64,000 bases of DNA from Aquisalimonas sp. (GTDB lineage: Bacteria > Pseudomonadota > Gammaproteobacteria > Nitrococcales > Aquisalimonadaceae), in NCBI RefSeq assembly GCF_007120195.1, contig NZ_SKOG01000013.1, forward strand, positions 767 through 64,766, in the 5' to 3' direction. Below are positions 56,190-64,000 of this stretch, piece after piece. The notes below the pieces were generated by a model, which did no database searches, had not been told where the DNA came from, and saw only the letters and a program-made list of their open reading frames with translations. Both the position numbers and the translations under genes were made by a program. Position 1 is the stretch's first letter. Each line of letters begins with the position of its first letter.

Positions 56190-58936
56190 TAGGCCACATC
56201 GCAGTGTTCACCCCCAGCTTCGGGGAGGCGGACCACGAAGGTGGCACCGGCGCTCCCGCTGTTCTCGGCGTGGATGCTGCCCCAGTGCAGGTCGGCAATC
56301 CGTTTGCAAATGGCCAGGCCGAGGCCGCTGCCTTTGGGTTTGCCCGCCTGTTGGTCGCTGATCTGGTGGAATTTGTCGAAAATCCTTTCAATCTCGTGAT
56401 CGGGGATGCCCGGTCCGGAATCGGTGACTCGCAGCTCCAGCAGGTGACCGCCGTTGTCCAAGTCGACGGTTACGGGGCCCTCGCCGGGTTCCGAGAACTT
56501 CACGGCGTTGGAGAGCAGGTTGATGACCAGCTGGATCAGGCGATCGCCATCGCCCTTGATCGGGCACGGGGTCTCGGGCAGCCGCAGATCCAACGGCACA
56601 TCGCGGTCGTCGAACAACTGGGAGGTGGCTGCCGCCGCTTCCTCCACCACCGTGCGCAGATCCAGGTCCTTGAGCTGCCAGTCACTCCAGCCGCTCTCGA
56701 TCTTGGATAGGTCCAGCACCTGGTTGATCAGCCGGGTCAGGCGCTCGCTCTCGCGCACAATCACGTCCAGGAACTCGCGGCGCTGCTCCTGATCCATATC
56801 CGGGTTGTTCAGCAGAATCTCGCCAAAGGCGCGAACCGAGGTCAGCGGCGTGCGCAGCTCGTGGCTGACCATGGAGACGAACTCGTCCTTGAGCTGATCG
56901 AGCTCCTTGAGCCGTTCGTTCGCGGCGCGCAACTCGGTGGTCGCATGTTCCAGCTGCCGCGATTTCTGCTCCAGGCGCTGGCTGTATTCGATGGCCTGGG
57001 AGGTGGCGTCCAGGATCTCCATGACACCTTCGAAAGTGAGCGCCTCGCCCTTGACGATGGACGAGATCATGACCCGCGCCGAGGCCGAGCCGATGGTCCC
57101 GGAGAGCAGGCGTTCGGCGTGGTTGACCAGCTCCGGCGGTGCCTGCCGGGTGGCCGCCTCCGATGGGTCATCATCCGCGGGGACGTAGCCGGACAGAGCT
57201 TCTGCAGCACGTGTCTCACCCACGAAACGCGCCAGCAGCGCCTCGACGTCGCCGATGGTGGCGTTACCCTGCCAGAAGCGCGTGTCCTGCTCCGAGCGCA
57301 GGAAGACATCCACGAACAGGGTCGCCTGGATACGCTCCATGTCACTCTGGCGTGTCATCAGGGAGACGAGCACCATGCCACCGACGTTGCCCAGCATGCT
57401 CCAGAACAGCGCATGGGTGATCGGATCCAGGTCGTCCAGGCCAAAGAGGGCGTAAGGGTGCAGGAAGCTGATCCCGAAGGGCCCGCCGTCCAGGGGGGCT
57501 GCGGGTAACCAGCCGCCGGGATCCGCGAGTGAGGGTAGAAACAGTGTGTAGAGCCAGATGACAAAACCGAGGACCAGCCCGGTCAGCGCCCCGTACCGAC
57601 TTGCCCCTTTCCAGTACATCCCCAGCAGGATCGCCGGTGCGAATTGCGCCACGGCGACAAAGGAAATCAATCCAATGCTCACCAGCGCATAGGTCTCGGC
57701 AATGAGGCGAAAATACGCGTAACCCAGCAGCACGATGCCGACGATGATCGCCCGGCGTAGGTAGATGATCAGCCGCCGCAGTCCGATACGCTCCATGATC
57801 GGCAGGTGACGCAGACGCAGCAGTGCGGGCATCACCAGGTCGTTACTCACCATGATCGCCAGTGCGATCGTCGCGACGATGACCATGCCTGTGGCCGCCG
57901 AGAAGCCGCCCAGGTAGACGAACATCGCCAGCAGCTCGTTGCCCTCTGCCAGCGGTAGGGCCAGCACGAAATTGTCCGGAGCCACGGAGCCGTCACCGAA
58001 GTAGAGCATCCCGGCGAGCGCAATGGGCAACACGAACAGATTGATGAGCAGCAGGTAGAGCGGGAAAAGCCAGGAGGCCGTGCGCAGGTGGTCCTCGTTG
58101 ACATTCTCCACCACCATGACCTGGAACTGCCGGGGCAAAAACATGATTGCCGCCATGGAGAGCAGGGTCAGGGCCAACCAACTGCCATAGCCAGCGGCGG
58201 AGTCGCGGAATTCCAGCAACTCATGCATGTCCTCGTGGGCCCGGACTTGGCCGACGATGTCGCCCGGCCCCTCGAACAGCATGAAGGTCACGAAAATGCC
58301 CACCGCCAGGAAGGCGAGCAGCTTGACGATCGACTCGAAGGCCACGGCCACGACCATCCCTTCCAGGCGCTCCGTGGCGTCGATATTCCGGGTGCCGAAC
58401 AGGATCGCGAAGATGGCGAGCAGCGAGGCCACCCAGAAGGCCTTGTCGCCCACCAGCCCGGTGGTCACCGTCGCCGCTTCCAGCCCCTCCGGAAAGGCGA
58501 GCAGGACTTCGAAGCTGGCGGAGACCGCTTTCAGTTGCAAGGCGATGTACGGCGTGATCCCCACCACCGCGATGAATGTCGCCAGCCCGCCCAGGAGCAT
58601 GCTCTTGCCATAGCGCGAGGCGATCATGTCGGCGATGGATGTGATGCGGTGCTGTTTGGCGATGCGGATCATCTTGCGCAGCACCTGCCACCACAGGATT
58701 GCCATGAGTGTGGGGCCGAGGTAGATGGTGAGAAAGCTCATGCCATCCTCGGCGGCCCGGCCGACGCTGCCGTAAAATGTCCAGGCCGTGGTGTACACGG
58801 CGATGGCGAGGGTATACACGTAGGGGTTGTTGACCAGGGAGTGCCCGCTATCGGCGCGCTTGTCCGCGATATAGGCGATCGCGAACAACAGTCCCAGGTA
58901 GAGGAATGGCGTAATGATGATCAGCCACTCAGGCAT
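56189..58936 (-). CDS. sensor histidine kinase with an N-terminal sodium:solute symporter (SSS) domain (CbrA/CrbS-like architecture, no receiver domain)
   Basis: 915 aa. There are about 500 aa of multi-TM SSS-like sequence, then the H-box FVSMVSHELRTPLTSV and an HATPase region (NLLSNAVKFS, DSGPGIP, GSGLGLAICKRI). Confidence 0.85.
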   Translation of the reverse strand: MPEWLIIITPFLYLGLLFAIAYIADKRADSGHSLVNNPYVYTLAIAVYTTAWTFYGSVGRAAEDGMSFLTIYLGPTLMAILWWQVLRKMIRIAKQHRITSIADMIASRYGKSMLLGGLATFIAVVGITPYIALQLKAVSASFEVLLAFPEGLEAATVTTGLVGDKAFWVASLLAIFAILFGTRNIDATERLEGMVVAVAFESIVKLLAFLAVGIFVTFMLFEGPGDIVGQVRAHEDMHELLEFRDSAAGYGSWLALTLLSMAAIMFLPRQFQVMVVENVNEDHLRTASWLFPLYLLLINLFVLPIALAGMLYFGDGSVAPDNFVLALPLAEGNELLAMFVYLGGFSAATGMVIVATIALAIMVSNDLVMPALLRLRHLPIMERIGLRRLIIYLRRAIIVGIVLLGYAYFRLIAETYALVSIGLISFVAVAQFAPAILLGMYWKGASRYGALTGLVLGFVIWLYTLFLPSLADPGGWLPAAPLDGGPFGISFLHPYALFGLDDLDPITHALFWSMLGNVGGMVLVSLMTRQSDMERIQATLFVDVFLRSEQDTRFWQGNATIGDVEALLARFVGETRAAEALSGYVPADDDPSEAATRQAPPELVNHAERLLSGTIGSASARVMISSIVKGEALTFEGVMEILDATSQAIEYSQRLEQKSRQLEHATTELRAANERLKELDQLKDEFVSMVSHELRTPLTSVRAFGEILLNNPDMDQEQRREFLDVIVRESERLTRLINQVLDLSKIESGWSDWQLKDLDLRTVVEEAAAATSQLFDDRDVPLDLRLPETPCPIKGDGDRLIQLVINLLSNAVKFSEPGEGPVTVDLDNGGHLLELRVTDSGPGIPDHEIERIFDKFHQISDQQAGKPKGSGLGLAICKRIADLHWGSIHAENSGSAGATFVVRLPEAGGEHCDVA

Positions 58937-58948
58937 GTCACCTCGGCA

Positions 58949-59170
58949 TCAACGGCGGCGCAGGATCCAGCCCAGGAGAGCGATGACGACCCCCCAGGCG
59001 GTGAACAGGTACACAGTGAACACGGGAAGCCCGAAGATCAGCGCGTCGTCGGCGAACAGGGACAACAGGGGATAGTTGAACAGCAGGAAGGCGACGACAA
59101 ACAGCGCTACCAGCCGTTCGGTGCGTCGTGAAACGCTGCCGATGCCTGATTTCTCGTTGCCCGTCGCCAT
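58949..59170 (-). CDS. small 2-TM membrane protein (DUF3311-like, tentative)
   Basis: 73 aa, ...LVALFVVAFLLFNYPLLSLFADDALIFGLPVFTVYLFTAWGVVIALLGWIL. It starts 2 nt after the receiver gene and ends 12 nt before the kinase ATG. GAGG lies upstream of the kinase ATG. Confidence 0.55.
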   Translation of the reverse strand: MATGNEKSGIGSVSRRTERLVALFVVAFLLFNYPLLSLFADDALIFGLPVFTVYLFTAWGVVIALLGWILRRR

Positions 59171-59172
59171 GC

Positions 59173-59544
59173 TCAGCTCTCGCCCAGCATTTCACTGACC
59201 TTGTTGATCACATCCTGGGTGGAGAATGGCTTCGTAATGTAGTCGTCCGCGCCGAGGGACATCCCCTTCTCCCGCTCCACGTCACGTCCCTTCGCCGTCA
59301 ACATGACGATGCGCATGTTCGCGCACTCCTCACGCTCCCGAAGGATTTGGCACACCTGGTAGCCGTCCTTGCGCGGCATCATCACATCCAACAACATGAG
59401 GTCAGGTTGTTGGCGCTCCACGGCTTCGAGCGCCTGTTCCCCGTCCGTTGCAGTCTCGACCTCATAGCCGCTCTTCTTCATGAGAAATTGCAGGGACAGG
59501 ACAATGTTTGGCTCGTCATCAACGATTAGAATGCGTTTGGGCAT
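59173..59544 (-). CDS. single-domain response regulator (CheY-like receiver only)
   Basis: 123 aa, MPKRILIVDDEPNIV....L...GYEV.TA.DG..AL......PDLMLLDVMMP..DGY.VC..., ...LTAKG, DDYITKPFS. There is no output domain. Confidence 0.9.
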   Translation of the reverse strand: MPKRILIVDDEPNIVLSLQFLMKKSGYEVETATDGEQALEAVERQQPDLMLLDVMMPRKDGYQVCQILREREECANMRIVMLTAKGRDVEREKGMSLGADDYITKPFSTQDVINKVSEMLGES

Positions 59545-59713
59545 CGTCTCTCCTCGCCATTATTGTTGTCTTCACCAATTACACCAGTTTAGACCGTAAC
59601 CATCGGAATTGTTTTTATCTAGTATGGCGCGTGTAAGCGCCCGCGTCGCGGTGTTGAGGCGATGGCGAGCACACAATACCCCCGCCCCCGCTCCGATCAG
59701 CGCGCGCGGGGCG

Positions 59714-59747
59714 CCCTGACCAATGGGGTGGTCCGCGTTGGTCAGGG
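59714..59747. terminator. 10-bp stem hairpin downstream of the acyl-CoA dehydrogenase gene
   Basis: CCCTGACCAA-14 nt-TTGGTCAGGG, 47 nt beyond the stop. There is no clear U tract. Confidence 0.35.
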
Positions 59748-59793
59748 CTGCCCGTACCGCGGGCCTTCAGAGTTTCTTGGGATCGCTGCGGGC

Positions 59794-61011
59794 TCAGTCC
59801 TTGCCGATCTCAAGTTTGGCGATAGTCTCCATGTGCACCTCGTCCGGGCCGTCGGCCAGGCGCAGCGTGCGCATATGGGCAAACGCCGAGGCCAGGAACG
59901 TGTCCTGGCACACGCCCTTGGCGCCGAACGCCTGAATGGCCCGGTCGATCACGTTGCAGGCCATGTTGGGGGCCACCACCTTGATCATGGCAATCTCGCG
60001 GCGGGCGACCTTATTGCCCGCCGTGTCCATCATGTGAGCGGCATTCAGGGTCAACAGTCGAGCCTGCTCGATCTCCATGCGCGAGCGGGCGATCTCCTGG
60101 CGCAATCCACCCATGTCCGCCAGCCGCTGGCCGAAGGCGTTACGCGATTTCGCCCGGGCAACCATGGCCTCCAGGGCGCGTTCGGCCATGCCAATGGAGC
60201 GCATGCAGTGGTGGATCCGGCCCGGCCCGAGGCGCCCCTGGGCGATCTCGAAGCCGCGACCCTCGCCGAGCAGCATGTTGCTTGCCGGTACCCGGACGTT
60301 GTCATAGTAGATCTCGGCGTGCCCGTGGGGCGCATGGTCGTATCCGAAGACATGCAGCGCCCGTTCGATCTTCACACCGGGGCTGTCCAGCGGCACCAGG
60401 ACCATCGACTGCTGCTTGTGCTTTGGCGCTGAGGGGTCGCTCTTGCCCATGACGATGCCGATCTTGCAGTGCTTGTCGAGCGCGCCGGATGACCACCATT
60501 TGCGGCCGTTGATCACGTACTCCTCGCCCTCGCGACGGATTTCCGTCTGGATGTTGGTGGCGTCACTGGAGGCGACGTCCGGCTCGGTCATGGAAAAGCA
60601 GGAGCGGATTTTCCCGTCCAGCAGCGGCTCCAGCCACTGTTTTTTGTGGTCTTCCGAGCCGTAGCGGGCGAGCACTTCCATGTTGCCTGTATCCGGCGCC
60701 GAGCAGTTAAACACCTCCGGGGCCATGGAGGAGCGTCCCATGACCTCGCACAGCGGGGCGTAATCCAAGTTCGATAACCCGGCGCCGTACTCGCTCTCCG
60801 GCAGGAACAAATTCCACAGCCCCTCGGCCTTCGCCTTGCGCTTGAGTTCCTCCAGCACGGGGGGCGAGGTCCAGCGGTCTCCCTCGGCGTGCTGCTGCGC
60901 GAATACCGCCTCGTTCGGGTAGATGTGCTGATCCATGAAGGCGAGGAGTTTCTCCCGGAGTTCCCTGGAACGGTCGCTGAACTCGAACATGGCCTTGGTC
61001 ACCTCCGTCAC
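59794..61011 (-). CDS. acyl-CoA dehydrogenase family protein
   Basis: 405 aa. Its layout is typical of the FadE2/ACAD10-like subgroup (..LWNLFLPE...[10 protein letters not shown]...E.MG.S, C-terminal ..[10 protein letters not shown]...IA). Confidence 0.85.
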   Translation of the reverse strand: MTEVTKAMFEFSDRSRELREKLLAFMDQHIYPNEAVFAQQHAEGDRWTSPPVLEELKRKAKAEGLWNLFLPESEYGAGLSNLDYAPLCEVMGRSSMAPEVFNCSAPDTGNMEVLARYGSEDHKKQWLEPLLDGKIRSCFSMTEPDVASSDATNIQTEIRREGEEYVINGRKWWSSGALDKHCKIGIVMGKSDPSAPKHKQQSMVLVPLDSPGVKIERALHVFGYDHAPHGHAEIYYDNVRVPASNMLLGEGRGFEIAQGRLGPGRIHHCMRSIGMAERALEAMVARAKSRNAFGQRLADMGGLRQEIARSRMEIEQARLLTLNAAHMMDTAGNKVARREIAMIKVVAPNMACNVIDRAIQAFGAKGVCQDTFLASAFAHMRTLRLADGPDEVHMETIAKLEIGKD

Positions 61012-61065
61012 TCTGGTAAAAAGAAGCCACTGCTCTGAGTCTGCAGTGGTCTCACGGGTCTCGGG

Positions 61066-63093
61066 CTAAAGGGTAAATCGCAGTGGTTCACCCTCGGCGC
61101 GACGCTGCATCAGTATGGTGATCGTGGCGACGAGCAGCAGCCCGGCAGAACTCAGCAGCAACACGCCGTGACTGATGCCAAGCATGCCGCCACCGGGGGC
61201 TGCCAGCGTCAACCCCGAGGCAATGAGGAGCGTGCGCGCAAACCATCCCACCGGGCCCTTTCCAACACGGCCCGCACCGAGCAGGTAGCCCTGCAGGCCA
61301 GCGGCGAGGATGATGACCCCGATCAGCGCGGTGATGACCACCGTGATCACCTCCAGCGGCGTGCCGAACAGAAGCAGCGCTGGATTGAAGACGAAGAAGA
61401 AGGGGATGAAGTAGATAATCGTCCCCAGCCGCATTGCCTCTAGGCCGGCCTGCATCGGGTTCACCTTGGCCACGGATGCCGCGACGAACGCCGCGATGGC
61501 CACAGGTGGAGTGATAAAGCTGAGCATACCCCAGTACATGATGAACATGTGCGAGGCCACGGGATGCAGGCCCGCTTGGATCAATGCCGGCGCGAGAATG
61601 ACGGCAAGGAAGATATAGGCCGCCGTGACCGTCATGCCGATGCCCAGCACAAAGGCGGTGAGCGCGCCCATGATCAGCAGCATGAGCACGTTGTCACCGG
61701 CAAGGTACACCAGGTCGTTGGTCAGGGTGCCGGCCATGCCAGTGACCTGCAGGGAACCGATGATCAGGCCGATCGCGGCAAGAATGCCGCCGAGCTCGGC
61801 CAGGATCTGACCGGCGGCCGCCAGCAGCTTGAGAAACCCTTTGAGGCTCAGGCGGTGCATGGTGCACTGGTTGATCACCAGCAGCAGCGCCGTGGCGTAG
61901 AAGGGCGCCGTGGCCTCGCGCTGGAGAAACACCAACATCCAGATCAGCAGCGCGAACACGGCAATGAAATACCAGCCTTCCTTGAAGACCTTCCAGGGGC
62001 TCGGCAGCTCCTCCCTCGGCAGACCCTTGAGGTCGTGCCGTGCGGAGTAGGCGTCGATCTGCATGAACAGCCCGAAGAAGTAGAGTAGGGAGGGGATGAT
62101 CGCGGCGATTACGATGGTGACATAGGACACGCCCAGGAAGTTGGCCATCACAAACGCAGTCGCGCCCATGATCGGCGGCATCAGCACGCCACCGGTGGAT
62201 GCGCAGGCCTCGACTCCGGCGGCATAGCCGCGGGAGAAGCCCACGCGGCGCATGGTCGGGATCGACAATGGGCCGGTCGTGAGCACGTTGGTTACCGGGC
62301 CGCCGCTCATGGAGCCCATCAGCCCGCTTGAGAAAATGGCGACCTTGGCGGGTCCGCCCCGGAAGCGGCCAAGCAGGGCGAAGGCGATGTTGATAAAGAA
62401 CTTCCCCGCCCCGGTGTGCTGCAGCGACACCCCGAAGAGCAGGAAGCCGAAGAGCAGCAAGGCGGCGACCTGGGTGGGGATGCCGAAAAGGCTTTCCTCA
62501 CTCATGATGTGGAAGGCTGCCGCTTCCTCAAGTCCCATACTGACGCCCGCAATGACGTTGGGCATTCGGTCGGCGTACAGCGGGTACAGTGACAGCACCA
62601 GCACCACGACGAATATGGGCCAGCCCCCGGTGCGGCGCCCCGCCTCCAGTACCAGGGCCCAGGTCGCAAGGGCCATATAGATGCCGAACTGGGGCGCGGC
62701 GTACTCCCAGGCCTCGAGCACGATGCGCTCGGCATGGACCGCGAAATACGCAAACAGGCTGGCGGCGGTTACGGCGAGGATGATGTCGTACCAGGCAACG
62801 GTGGTTCGCGCAGCAGTGCCCGTGGCCGGAAACGAAATAAACACCATGACCAGGATCGCCCCTACGTAGATGTAGAGGTAGCGCATGTCTAGCATCACTT
62901 CGCCGATGAAAAACCCGAAGTTGAAGATCTGGTTGATCGCCAGCAAGGTGATGCCCACGGTGATGACCATGAGCAGTGCCTGCCACGGCAGGGACAGGAC
63001 TCGGTAACGGGTGGCGTAGACCTCCTCGGCACGGCGTTCTTCTTCTGCGCGGGATTCGGCCTTCGTCTGCACTGGGTCAGTCATGTTCGGCAT
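61066..63093 (-). CDS. TRAP transporter fused permease (TAXI-type, DctQ-DctM fusion)
   Basis: 675 aa with about 17-18 predicted hydrophobic segments. It lies downstream of a TAXI-type solute-receptor gene. Confidence 0.85.
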   Translation of the reverse strand: MPNMTDPVQTKAESRAEEERRAEEVYATRYRVLSLPWQALLMVITVGITLLAINQIFNFGFFIGEVMLDMRYLYIYVGAILVMVFISFPATGTAARTTVAWYDIILAVTAASLFAYFAVHAERIVLEAWEYAAPQFGIYMALATWALVLEAGRRTGGWPIFVVVLVLSLYPLYADRMPNVIAGVSMGLEEAAAFHIMSEESLFGIPTQVAALLLFGFLLFGVSLQHTGAGKFFINIAFALLGRFRGGPAKVAIFSSGLMGSMSGGPVTNVLTTGPLSIPTMRRVGFSRGYAAGVEACASTGGVLMPPIMGATAFVMANFLGVSYVTIVIAAIIPSLLYFFGLFMQIDAYSARHDLKGLPREELPSPWKVFKEGWYFIAVFALLIWMLVFLQREATAPFYATALLLVINQCTMHRLSLKGFLKLLAAAGQILAELGGILAAIGLIIGSLQVTGMAGTLTNDLVYLAGDNVLMLLIMGALTAFVLGIGMTVTAAYIFLAVILAPALIQAGLHPVASHMFIMYWGMLSFITPPVAIAAFVAASVAKVNPMQAGLEAMRLGTIIYFIPFFFVFNPALLLFGTPLEVITVVITALIGVIILAAGLQGYLLGAGRVGKGPVGWFARTLLIASGLTLAAPGGGMLGISHGVLLLSSAGLLLVATITILMQRRAEGEPLRFTL

Positions 63094-63567
63094 GCCTGGT
63101 TGGGTGTGAGCGAATGTCGGAAACCTGGGGCTGATCTCGATTCGGCTGCTGAGCCCAAGGCCAGGTGAAACCTCATCGAGGTCCTCCGCTGGTTATTGGT
63201 CTTGCTATGGCGGCCAAGTTCTGGACGCCCCTGGCGGCCTCCCCTCTCTGTTGGTTTTCATGCGCTGCCAGGGCCTGGCAACAGGTGCATATCGCCGGCT
63301 CCAAGGCGCTCAAGGGAGGGCGTCATCCAGCCTTACAGGAAGGCTTCGCTGGCCTCTGGTGCATCTTCGATGTGCGCCTTCCCTGAGACTTCGGCCAGTT
63401 CGTAAAGCCTCGAGCACTCCCTCGGTTACTTCGCGCAAAAATGGCATGAAGCGGCATCAACGTCAAATTTTGTGGAACCGCATTTCGCAATGCAGAATTG
63501 TCACAAGGGTGGGGCGTTGATCCTGATTGTGCTCGCCTCGCGTCACATGCCGGACCGCGAGGTAAGA

Positions 63568-63592
63568 CTGCGGGGCGCCGGGCACCCCGCAG
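63568..63592 (-). terminator. hairpin just after the TAXI receptor stop
   Basis: CTGCGGGG-9 nt-CCCCGCAG, 10 nt after the stop. The U tract is weak. A second hairpin (CCTCGCG...CGCGAGG) lies at 63535-63561. Confidence 0.35.
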
Positions 63593-63602
63593 TATGCGTG
63601 CC

Positions 63603-64000
63603 TCACCAGAATGAACGCAGGGTCGGAAGATCGGCCTCTTCCAGGGCATCATACCGTGTCTGCATCCAGGCCTCCTGGAACGCGTCACGGTCCGTGGGGG
63701 CATCCTCCAGGTGACGCTCCCAGGCTTCTGCGAGCACCTCCTGGCGTTTCAGGGATTCTTCGTGGTACGCCTGCGCCTCCTCGTCCCAGAGGCCGATTTC
63801 CTCAAAGTAGCGGATCGCGCCGTCATGGAACGGGATGGGCATGCTGGTGAGATCCATACGTTCCACCTCCCAGCCTTCAGCACCCGGCGCACTGTTCTTG
63901 TAGTCTTCGTAGTGCTGGTGCATGGCCTTGGTCATGTTGTAGGCCACATCTTCGTCCTGGTCCGCCATGGAGATCAGCATGGGGTAGGGGCCGGTTACCA
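63603..64000 (-). CDS. TAXI-family TRAP solute receptor, C-terminal part (5' end outside window)
   Basis: The frame is open to the window edge. ...LISMADQDEDVAYNMTKAMHQHYEDYK...PFHDGAIRYFEE.G.W is the typical TAXI C-terminal region. A charged extension of about 60 aa follows it. Confidence 0.8.
   Translation of the reverse strand, partial: VTGPYPMLISMADQDEDVAYNMTKAMHQHYEDYKNSAPGAEGWEVERMDLTSMPIPFHDGAIRYFEEIGLWDEEAQAYHEESLKRQEVLAEAWERHLEDAPTDRDAFQEAWMQTRYDALEEADLPTLRSFW

Overview
This is a high-GC, gammaproteobacterial-type core chromosome segment. The gene order tpiA-secG-tRNA-Leu-nuoA..N resembles Chromatiales/Xanthomonadales-like genomes; that placement is an inference. From left to right the window holds: the 3' part of gltX; cysS; a three-gene polar amino-acid ABC importer (minus strand); the SOS mutagenesis cassette lexA-imuA-imuB (minus strand, with a recognisable LexA box but no dnaE2); relA; carA-carB-greA; yhbY; rlmE-ftsH-folP-glmM-tpiA-secG; tRNA-Leu(GAG); and the complete nuoA-N operon. 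Next comes an initiator-type tRNA-Met carrying a decayed integrative island of about 4.2 kb. The island is bounded by 17-bp direct repeats. It contains serine-recombinase, primase-like and S1-protease gene fragments, a BrnT/BrnA toxin-antitoxin pair, a Doc/Fic toxin gene with one in-frame amber codon, and a DUF2845-like gene. After the island come modABC, rimP-nusA-infB-rbfA-truB, rpsO-pnp and a cold-shock gene. On the minus strand there is then a tightly packed operon of receiver, small membrane protein, SSS-domain histidine kinase and alpha/beta hydrolase, followed by an acyl-CoA dehydrogenase and a TAXI-type TRAP transporter. The window ends inside the TRAP solute-receptor gene. Two copies of a roughly 165-bp CTAG-flanked palindromic (MITE/REP-like) element sit in the lexA/relA and tpiA/secG intergenic regions. 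I found no rRNA, no CRISPR array, no intact IS element and no prophage. I do not see a clear-cut new multi-gene system. The most unusual items are the palindromic element family, the tRNA-fMet island with its inactivated toxin, the dnaE2-less imuAB cassette, and the output-less SSS-kinase operon. Most long ORFs antisense to the listed genes are high-GC artefacts.
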